A stretch of DNA of 64,000 nt from an uncultured Bacilli bacterium (GCA_944349335.1 CALVMW010000003.1:8567-72566); one strand, 5' to 3'; positions 38,932-46,069 are shown, counted from the first letter of the stretch. The notes: a model not told the origin generated them from the letters alone. Translations and numbers: made by a program.

Positions 38932-39549
38932 TTATTCCTCCAAAGATACATCGACAGTAATATCTAAACCAGATAGATTATCTAAGGCTGTCTTCTCATC
39001 ATATGTATCAGGTTCCATTCCTGAAACATAAACAAAATTAAATGGAATAATAAGTACATAATCAGCGTCAGGTGTAATAGATATATTAGATAAGTTTGAA
39101 CTAATAGTATATGTAGTATTACTTCCAGTTATAGTCCATCCATCACTAACATTATTATCCCATGTTATATAATTAGCTAATTCACTAGGTATAGTTAAAT
39201 CTAAACTGATCGTAAATGTAAAATTATAAGAAACAGTATCTTCTGTATAGAGATTTAAAGAAAAGCCTTCAGAATATTTATATTCAGAAGCAATATTTCT
39301 ATTCATCCAATAGATTGGAGAATTATACCTAGAAACTTGAGAAGAAACAGTCGAATCGATATGAAGAACAGAATCAGAGCTTTCTCTTACTGATAAAGAA
39401 TGGACTTCGGTTCTTGCTAAATTTACTTCTAAAGAATAAGAATCTGTAGCAGTAGTAGAAGTAAAATAGAAAATACTAAAGCCTGTCCCTAATAAAGTTA
39501 AGGATGATAAGCCTAAGATTAAAAGATTCGACAACAATCTTCTTTTCAT
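38932..39549 (-). CDS. Leader-bearing short paralogue 4 (205 aa)
   Basis: Leader ...LTLLGTGFSIFYFTS. It shares LHIDST, PFNFVYVSGMEPDTYDE and ITVDVSL with its neighbours. Confidence 0.6.
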   Translation of the reverse strand: MKRRLLSNLLILGLSSLTLLGTGFSIFYFTSTTATDSYSLEVNLARTEVHSLSVRESSDSVLHIDSTVSSQVSRYNSPIYWMNRNIASEYKYSEGFSLNLYTEDTVSYNFTFTISLDLTIPSELANYITWDNNVSDGWTITGSNTTYTISSNLSNISITPDADYVLIIPFNFVYVSGMEPDTYDEKTALDNLSGLDITVDVSLEE

Positions 39550-39566
39550 TTTAATTATTCTCTTTA

Positions 39567-40178
39567 TTAATCAGTCCATTCAATAGAATAAGTGATTGAA
39601 ATAGTGCTACTAGCTAAATTGGCGTTCATCTCTTCCCAACTAGCAGCATTAGTAGGATTTTTACCTTCACGATACTCAAAAGCTAAAGGATCTAAATTGA
39701 TATCTATAGTGGCTTTTTTACCAGCAGTAGCACCAGTAGGAGTTAAAGTTTGAGTAAGAGTAAAGGTAGCAGCGCCAGAATCATAAACATAATTAGAAGT
39801 AGTTAAATTTAAATAACTATCTAAGGCTGCACTAGTTTGAACAATAGCAGTAAAAGTAATCTGTTTATCAATGGAAGTTTCAGAAGAAACGTAATATGTA
39901 TAAGTTAAATCGATATCATCAAAAACAGCATGGTCTTCAGCATGAATATGAATACCTTGATCATCAGGTGAATCAAGATGCAAATGAAGATCTTTTTCAC
40001 CTAAATCTTTGACAGTTAAATTACCGATCTCCGCATAAGGATCAATCTGCACAGATATATCTTCAATATTTTGAGATAAAGCACCATCAGTAAAATACCA
40101 AACTGAAAAACCACTTCCAACTAATGCTAAACCTGCTAAAATGGGTAAAGTAATAGCATAAACTTTATTTCTTTTCAT
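39567..40178 (-). CDS. Leader-bearing short paralogue 3 (203 aa)
   Basis: Leader ...LALVGSGFSVWYFTD. It shares LHLDSP, IDLTYTY, PLAFEYREGKNP and ISITYSIEW. Confidence 0.6.
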   Translation of the reverse strand: MKRNKVYAITLPILAGLALVGSGFSVWYFTDGALSQNIEDISVQIDPYAEIGNLTVKDLGEKDLHLHLDSPDDQGIHIHAEDHAVFDDIDLTYTYYVSSETSIDKQITFTAIVQTSAALDSYLNLTTSNYVYDSGAATFTLTQTLTPTGATAGKKATIDINLDPLAFEYREGKNPTNAASWEEMNANLASSTISITYSIEWTD

Positions 40179-40248
40179 ATTATTTCTCCATTAAATTATT
40201 TAATTATTAAACTTAAAACGACAAATTAAACCGATTTACTTGCAGTAA

Positions 40249-40869
40249 CTAGCTAGGTGTATTATCAAAGCTGAGCTCATAAGTAAAATTGATAGCTGAA
40301 TCAGCGATGATACTATTTAAAGCATTCCACTCTTTTAATGTTTTAGGTTCTACTTGATCACCAGTAGAAGAATAAGAGAAAGCAAAAGCAGGCATATCGA
40401 TAGTATTGTTAGATACAGGTAAATTTTCAAAAGTTTTAGTATATCTATTAAAATCACTAGGAACAGTAGATGTGATTCTACTCCAATTACCTTCTCCTAA
40501 CTGCACATCGACATAAGCATCTAAATCTATAGTGATCTCCATAGTAACTGTAACCTGAAGAGTAGTACCATCAAGAATAGTACCATCTAAGGTATAGGCT
40601 AAATCAACATCATTACAGACACTACCTTCAGCATCAAACATGTTGATTCCATTTAGTCCATTATCACCATGTCTTGTAGAATCAAGATAAAGTAAAGTTG
40701 GAGTTCTAACAAAACTTAACTCACCTATATCAACATAACTAGCTAATTGAACATCAACTTCACGTTCATTAGAAGTATTGGCAGTAAAATACCAAACAGA
40801 AAAGCCACTTCCAACTAAAGTGATACCAGCAAGTAACGGTAATACTAAAGTTAAAGTTTTTCTTTTCAT
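40249..40869 (-). CDS. Leader-bearing short paralogue 2 (206 aa)
   Basis: Leader ...ITLVGSGFSVWYFTA. It shares LYLDSTRHGDNGLNGIN, VDLAYT, IDMPAFAFSY and INFTYELSF. Confidence 0.6.
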   Translation of the reverse strand: MKRKTLTLVLPLLAGITLVGSGFSVWYFTANTSNEREVDVQLASYVDIGELSFVRTPTLLYLDSTRHGDNGLNGINMFDAEGSVCNDVDLAYTLDGTILDGTTLQVTVTMEITIDLDAYVDVQLGEGNWSRITSTVPSDFNRYTKTFENLPVSNNTIDMPAFAFSYSSTGDQVEPKTLKEWNALNSIIADSAINFTYELSFDNTPS

Positions 40870-40886
40870 CGACTTAACCTACTCAA

Positions 40887-41501
40887 TTAGTTAGCCCAAG
40901 TTAATTTGTATTCAATAGTGATAGTAGAATCAGTGATAACACGTGCAAGAGTGTTATATGAATCGACATCAGTAGGTTCCATACCTGATTCATAAGCAAA
41001 AGTGAAAGCAGGCATATCAATATTTACAGTAGCACCATTAACTGCGATAGAATCGGTTGTATAGGTATAAGTAGTTGTAGAATCTCCAGCATTACGAGTA
41101 AATGTTTCACCCTCTAATCCAAAAGCAATATAACTATCTACTTTATTATCGACAGTTAATGTTAAGGTGACAGTAGCATTACCACTGATAGTACCAGAAT
41201 CTTCTGTAGTGGCAGTGAAGGTTAAATCGATATCATTATCAGAAACATAATCAGAATCACTAGACATCAAATTGATACCCTTATGACCATTATCACCAGT
41301 CTTTGTAGAATCTAAATAAAGTTTAGTAGCAGTAGGAGTAGGGGTTAATGAACCGACAGAAACATAACCAGCCATATCGACATCAACACTTAAATTAGCA
41401 GTAGTATTATTAGAAGTAAAGTACCAAACAGAAAAACCTGTTCCAACTAAAGTAATGCCAGCTAAGATAGGTAAGACTGTAGCAAAAATTTTCTTTTTCA
41501 T
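40887..41501 (-). CDS. Leader-bearing short paralogue 1 (204 aa); candidate major subunit
   Basis: Leader ...ITLVGTGFSVWYFTS. It shares LYLDSTKTGDNGHKGIN, IDLTFT, IDMPAFTFAYESGMEP and ITIEYKLTW. It is the first gene after the peptidase, the position tasA holds. Confidence 0.6.
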   Translation of the reverse strand: MKKKIFATVLPILAGITLVGTGFSVWYFTSNNTTANLSVDVDMAGYVSVGSLTPTPTATKLYLDSTKTGDNGHKGINLMSSDSDYVSDNDIDLTFTATTEDSGTISGNATVTLTLTVDNKVDSYIAFGLEGETFTRNAGDSTTTYTYTTDSIAVNGATVNIDMPAFTFAYESGMEPTDVDSYNTLARVITDSTITIEYKLTWAN

Positions 41502-41559
41502 AATGTTAATTCTCCTTATATTATTCCAAGAAATTTAATTATTAGTCTTTTAAGTAAGC

Positions 41560-42675
41560 TTATTCAGATATGTCATCTTGTGATGAATCTTTTACACTAG
41601 CTTCAGAAGATTCTGGGTTAGATTCTTCACTAGTATCTGTTTCAGAAGTTTCACTTGAGGAACTATCTGTTTCAGTAATTTCTTCTTGCTCAGTAGTTTC
41701 TTGTATATCTTCTTGCTGAGTTTCCTCAGATTCTTCACTAGATGTCTCTTGTTCCTCATCTATAATTTGATTATCATTTGATGTTTCTTTAGACAAGGCA
41801 TCAGCTTCTTCTAACTGAGGATTTTTATCTTTTTCAATAGCTAGATACTCTAATCTTTCCTCATAAGCCTTATCGATATTAGATTCGGATATAGAATAAA
41901 CTAGTAAGAAAACACCAAACCCGCAAAGAGCAATAATACCTAAAGTAGATCTAAGATAAGTGATAGTGATACCTAAGCCATAGTTTTGATAACCGTCATA
42001 GATACCGATTATTCTATCTTCTGTAATAGCAATTTCATCAGTTATAGAGCCAGTATTAGCATCGCCTTGAGTTTGGATATACTTGATTCCTTTCTCTTCT
42101 CTAATGGCAATAACTCTATGAACGATTATATTTTCATCACTATCGTAAAAAGCGATAATATCATATAGTTTAATTTCATCGATTGAATCGATTTTATCGA
42201 TACCGATCAAGGAATATTGAGTGATCTGATCATCTAAATCATTCTCAATTAAATAATCATTCTCAGGATTTTTATCTTCCATTGAGCCAGTCATAATCAC
42301 TAAATAAGAAGTATCATTAATAAATAAAGGTTGATTAGTGGCACTTAGATAAATACCAAAGCCTGCAAGTGCTAAAGCGATGACGATGATAATACCATAT
42401 ATAACATCACCGATAACACCAATAGCATGAGATTTCTTTTTTCTATATTCTAAAGATTTCGCATAGATATTTTCTTCTTCTTCATGCTTTTTTAGATATT
42501 TAACCTTGATCTCTTCTAAATCTTGACTGACGTTTTCATCTTCAGCACCCACTCTATAAATTTTGCAACGCTGTTTAGTATAAAGGAAGAAGAGGATGCC
42601 AAAACAAGCCGCCATCGCGATAATAACGATAATACCGATAATCGAAGCTACTAAATAAAGCTGCGACTGTCCCAT
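41560..42675 (-). CDS. Sec11/SipW-type (S26B) signal peptidase I with an extra N-terminal TM/loop and an acidic C-terminal tail
   Basis: 371 aa.
- IMTGSME, with Ser131.
- YDIIAF..IIVHRVIAI, with His186.
- TQGDANTGSITD.
- Three predicted TM segments.
- The last 90 or so residues are E/S/T/D-rich. Confidence 0.7.
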   Translation of the reverse strand: MGQSQLYLVASIIGIIVIIAMAACFGILFFLYTKQRCKIYRVGAEDENVSQDLEEIKVKYLKKHEEEENIYAKSLEYRKKKSHAIGVIGDVIYGIIIVIALALAGFGIYLSATNQPLFINDTSYLVIMTGSMEDKNPENDYLIENDLDDQITQYSLIGIDKIDSIDEIKLYDIIAFYDSDENIIVHRVIAIREEKGIKYIQTQGDANTGSITDEIAITEDRIIGIYDGYQNYGLGITITYLRSTLGIIALCGFGVFLLVYSISESNIDKAYEERLEYLAIEKDKNPQLEEADALSKETSNDNQIIDEEQETSSEESEETQQEDIQETTEQEEITETDSSSSETSETDTSEESNPESSEASVKDSSQDDISE

Positions 42676-42687
42676 AATAAATATCGC

Positions 42688-43413
42688 TTATTCTGAAACA
42701 TCAACAAAGGTTTCAAAGCGTAAAACATTGCTAGAGACCTTGGCTTTTAATGTTTCATAATCACTCCTGTCATAAACATCAAATGTAGGTGCATCATAAG
42801 TCAATGCAGGTAACTCATTAGTTGTTAAATCATCCGCTGAAAAAGCAAAATCAGTTAAAGTGACTTGTTCATTAAGATTGTTAGTGAACTCTAATGACTG
42901 AACCGCTCCTTCAATATCTGATTTTAAATCAGTCTGATCAGTAGCATTAGTATAAACTAAATAGCTAAGACGATAAGTGTTTTCACCATCAACATAATCA
43001 AATGCTGCAACAGTTGATGAAGTACTACTGATTAATACTTCATTAATTAAAGAAGAATCTTCTGCTCCTTCTGTTAAAGCCCAGAAGATGTCTGCACCAG
43101 CAGTAGTGTCCTCTTCTCCGTGTTGGAAGGTAACTGTTAAGTTATCATCCTCTTCAACTTCAGCAATATATCCGAAGACAACATATGTGTTCTCCGAATA
43201 TGAAATAGCACTTTGATCAAATGTGATAGTAGAATCGCTACTAACCAAAGAAAAAGTGTTACCGGCTTGACGAGCATCAGTGATTTTTACAGAGATATCT
43301 TCATTATTGAGTTGATTAGTTAACTCTGCAAAATACCATGTTGAGAAGCCTGCGCCGACAATAGCAGCGCATAATAAAACAGGAAGAAAGATACTATAGA
43401 CACGTTTTTTCAT
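42688..43413 (-). CDS. Leader-bearing paralogue 0 (241 aa), first gene of the operon (TapA-position)
   Basis: The N-terminus is MKKRVYSIFLPVLLCAAIVGAGFSTWYFAE. The body is acidic and T/S-rich. There is a 12-nt gap to the peptidase gene. Confidence 0.55.
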   Translation of the reverse strand: MKKRVYSIFLPVLLCAAIVGAGFSTWYFAELTNQLNNEDISVKITDARQAGNTFSLVSSDSTITFDQSAISYSENTYVVFGYIAEVEEDDNLTVTFQHGEEDTTAGADIFWALTEGAEDSSLINEVLISSTSSTVAAFDYVDGENTYRLSYLVYTNATDQTDLKSDIEGAVQSLEFTNNLNEQVTLTDFAFSADDLTTNELPALTYDAPTFDVYDRSDYETLKAKVSSNVLRFETFVDVSE

Positions 43414-43421
43414 AAATCATA

Positions 43422-43429
43422 CCCCCCCC
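43422..43429 (-). repeat. G8 homopolymer (C8 on the plus strand) at the Shine-Dalgarno position of the first operon gene
   Basis: The minus strand reads catGGGGGGGGtatgatttATG. This is the longest G/C run I noticed in the window. Confidence 0.9.
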
Positions 43430-43461
43430 ATGTTTAAATACTATTCCCATGGGTTATTACT

Positions 43462-43490
43462 ACTATAATAATCAAGTTATTAAAAATCAA
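43462..43490 (-). promoter_or_regulatory. Candidate sigma-A-type promoter of the fibre-like operon
   Basis: The minus strand reads TTGATT-17 nt-TATAGT, about 50 nt upstream of ATG 43413. Confidence 0.4.
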
Positions 43491-43858
43491 CTACTTTTTT
43501 TTAGTAAAAATGCTATTTCGTATAAAAGCCGATAAAATAAGGGGTTTTCAGTAAACAAATATGGTAATTTTTTAGGACAGAGGGTTAATATAACCATTTT
43601 TGACAAGAAATATATTATTTCTTTTAATACAGGTTTATAAAATATTTATTAACAATTTTAAAAAATATACAAAGAAATTATTGTCGTTTGTTTATCTTTA
43701 CTGATTAATACAAAAAATTAGCTTTTTATATTTAGTTACTAATAATTTAACTTCCTATAAAGTATAATTTCTGGATCTCTTCCCTTACAGCCATATTCAC
43801 ATACTAGAAGATATTTAAAAGTAACAACAACAACATAACACCTTTCATTATTTTCTCT

Positions 43859-44184
43859 TTAAATTTGCTGACCTAAATAAACATCATTATCTTTTAATAA
43901 TTTTACTTTAGATCCATTCTCTAATTCATATTCTAAATTAACATAAGAACCAGATAATAAATTTAAATCATAAACTTTTAAATCTTTAATCCCTAAATTA
44001 TTTATTTCATCAATAATTTTACTTTTAAAAATCTGATAACCTTCATAACCTCTCTCTTTAATAATTTCACTAGCAAGACAAAGGCCATTAAAAGGTTTAC
44101 CACAATTTTTAAGACAACCACCGCACTCCTCATAAGAGCTACATTTTTGACAATTGAATTGTCTACATATTAAATCAAAGACAT
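43859..44184 (-). pseudogene. Cys-rich DUF3795-like small ORF with an apparent 5' frameshift
   Basis: RBS aggag, then ATG 44184, gives MSLI-stop. The adjacent frame reads ICRQFNCQKCSSYEECGGCLKNCGKPFNGLCLASEIIKERGYEG...LGQQI-stop, about 105 codons, with no ATG/GTG/TTG start in frame. Confidence 0.4.
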
Positions 44185-44358
44185 TGTTACTCCTAATTAA
44201 TTCTTGTTTTTATTATATTGAAATGAGCAGAATAAACAATACTATACTTTAGAAACTAAAACATCAAGAAACACTATTTAATGATCATTCATCAATTGTC
44301 TTTCAGATTATACCTTGCAGAATACAGCTGATATATACCTTAAATCATATCAGCTAAA

Positions 44359-44385
44359 TAAAAAAAGTGCTCATAATTGAGCACT
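44359..44385 (-). terminator. Rho-independent terminator after ssrA
   Basis: The stem agtgctca/tgagcact is followed by TTTTTTT on the minus strand. Confidence 0.75.
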
Positions 44386-44430
44386 TATATCGACTATCAT
44401 GACACCTTTATGTCATAATACTTTTTTTAA

Positions 44431-44818
44431 TGGTGGAGGTGACGGGAGTTGAACCCGCGTCCAAACAAAACGTCGTAAGAAGGTCTACAGTTTAGTTTAG
44501 ATTGAGCTTTAAGTCAGAACGTAATCTAAACAAAACGTTTTGACCGATCCTTCTAAATTAGACTTAGTCGAAGAGAAGGAAGCCTCTTCTAAGCCCCCGT
44601 TTGAATGTCTCAGGATGATAAACGAGAAAAATCATACTGAGATCGTGCAAAGAGTGAAACTCTTGAATTGCTTGGTGCGATTAGCAGCAAGCAGCGGCCA
44701 TCATAGCCGGAGCACGGAACATGACAGGTTTTTTGGCACTTGTCTTTTACCGGTAGTTAGGCTACCAATCCACTGCCCTTCAAATTCTTTTTTGCCTGTC
44801 GAGACCAAAAACACCCCC
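44431..44818 (-). ncRNA. ssrA: Transfer-messenger RNA (tmRNA)
   Basis: The minus-strand 5' end is GGGGGTGTTTTTGGTCTCGACAGG. The 3' end is GGACGCGGGTTCAACTCCCGTCACCTCCACCA, a tRNA-Ala-like acceptor/T-arm. An internal tag ORF (44681-44737) ends at a TAA placed in a hairpin loop. Confidence 0.93.
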
Positions 44819-44830
44819 AAGGCAACCGAT

Positions 44831-44859
44831 ATTATAATAAGCTAAAAAATAAAATGCAA
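44831..44859 (-). promoter_or_regulatory. Promoter of ssrA
   Basis: The minus strand reads TTGCAT-17 nt-TATAAT. The -10 box ends 12 nt before the mature 5' GGGGG. Confidence 0.7.
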
Positions 44860-44867
44860 CTTTATAT

Positions 44868-44891
44868 TAAAAAACCCGTCATATGACGGGT
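44868..44891 (-). terminator. Rho-independent terminator after the 390-aa membrane protein gene
   Basis: The palindrome acccgtcat/atgacgggt is followed by TTTTTT on the minus strand. Confidence 0.7.
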
Positions 44892-44896
44892 AATTT

Positions 44897-46069
44897 TTAA
44901 TCTAAGCTAGGCAATTCTAAAGAATTATCACTCTTCTTTAATCCGTCATAAACTTGTTTAAAGAGAGCTTCTTCCTTTTTAATTCTCTCACTTTGAATAA
45001 GAGATTTACTTAATTTTTTATACTCATTTACTGTCTCTTCTAAAGATTCTTTATTCTTAGCAACAGCGGCATTAACAAGTAAAGCGATGCGAAGATCAGC
45101 AAAGTTATCAACGCTCTTTGTCATTTTACGATCATCAGATTTTAAAGAGCAGAATATTCTATCTGCACCAGCAGTATCACCAACTAAATAACGAAGATAA
45201 ATATTTTCGCTAGGAGCAAAATGTTTTTGATAATCTAAGAGATACTTATCAAAATATTTAATTTTTGCAAGAGTCTTAGTTGCTTTATCATAGTCATCAG
45301 CATAAAGTTGAGAAAGATAGAGATATTGTAAAGTCTGAGCTTTATAGAATGAATCATAATCTTCAAAATCAGGAATAATGAAATCTTCGCCAGTATATTC
45401 TCTCTTCTCATTGATTTTTAGAATGTTATAAGCTTTAACATCCTCTTCTTTATGAGTCTTAATAAGATTGTAAACATCGTTAGGATAATCTTGTCTAAAA
45501 GGAATCAATTCGTAAAGGATGATGATGAAACCATAAAGGAAAGCTGATAAAGCACCCCATCCAATAAGAGCTTCGGATACAGGATGACCTTCACCTAAAC
45601 CAAAAAATACAAAGAGAAGGATGCAGATGATAGCAAAGAAAATTTCAAAAACAAAACCACCAACAAATATTAAAGTAGGCTTTTTTGAAACATTATCATC
45701 CTTAGGTGCAAAAGATAATTGAACATCAAAGAAAGAGAGAATGTCATAACGGAAAGCAAGTTTATATTTATCACCAACTTTTTTCTTTCTTTCACCTATT
45801 AAGCCTAAGCATTTAAAAGTGATAACCTCATAACCAGCAATTTTGGCAAAAAGTAATTTACCGAGATTATATATTAAAGCTGTTACAATCAAACCTATGA
45901 TAACTGTTGCAAAAACATAACCATAAGAATTAACATCATTAGAACTAAAATTAGAAAGCCTAGAAATAAAATAAGCACCGATCAAGTAGCCTAAATAAAC
46001 AATCATCAAAGGCCACGAGGCATTCATATCGAGCAATCTTTTCTTAGCGCCAGTATTTTCTGTTGCCAT
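44897..46069 (-). CDS. Polytopic membrane protein, site-2-protease (M50)-like fold without catalytic residues, with a helical C-terminal domain
   Basis: 390 aa. IYNLGKLLFAKIAGYEV aligns with the M50 motif HELGHLLFAKxxG, with H,E,H replaced by Y,N,K. The C-terminal half is soluble, helical and TPR-like. Confidence 0.45.
   Translation of the reverse strand: MATENTGAKKRLLDMNASWPLMIVYLGYLIGAYFISRLSNFSSNDVNSYGYVFATVIIGLIVTALIYNLGKLLFAKIAGYEVITFKCLGLIGERKKKVGDKYKLAFRYDILSFFDVQLSFAPKDDNVSKKPTLIFVGGFVFEIFFAIICILLFVFFGLGEGHPVSEALIGWGALSAFLYGFIIILYELIPFRQDYPNDVYNLIKTHKEEDVKAYNILKINEKREYTGEDFIIPDFEDYDSFYKAQTLQYLYLSQLYADDYDKATKTLAKIKYFDKYLLDYQKHFAPSENIYLRYLVGDTAGADRIFCSLKSDDRKMTKSVDNFADLRIALLVNAAVAKNKESLEETVNEYKKLSKSLIQSERIKKEEALFKQVYDGLKKSDNSLELPSLD

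Noticed and set aside
44540-44845. A 101-aa plus-strand ORF.
   Set aside because: It is antisense to the tmRNA gene (44431-44818), which explains the region completely.
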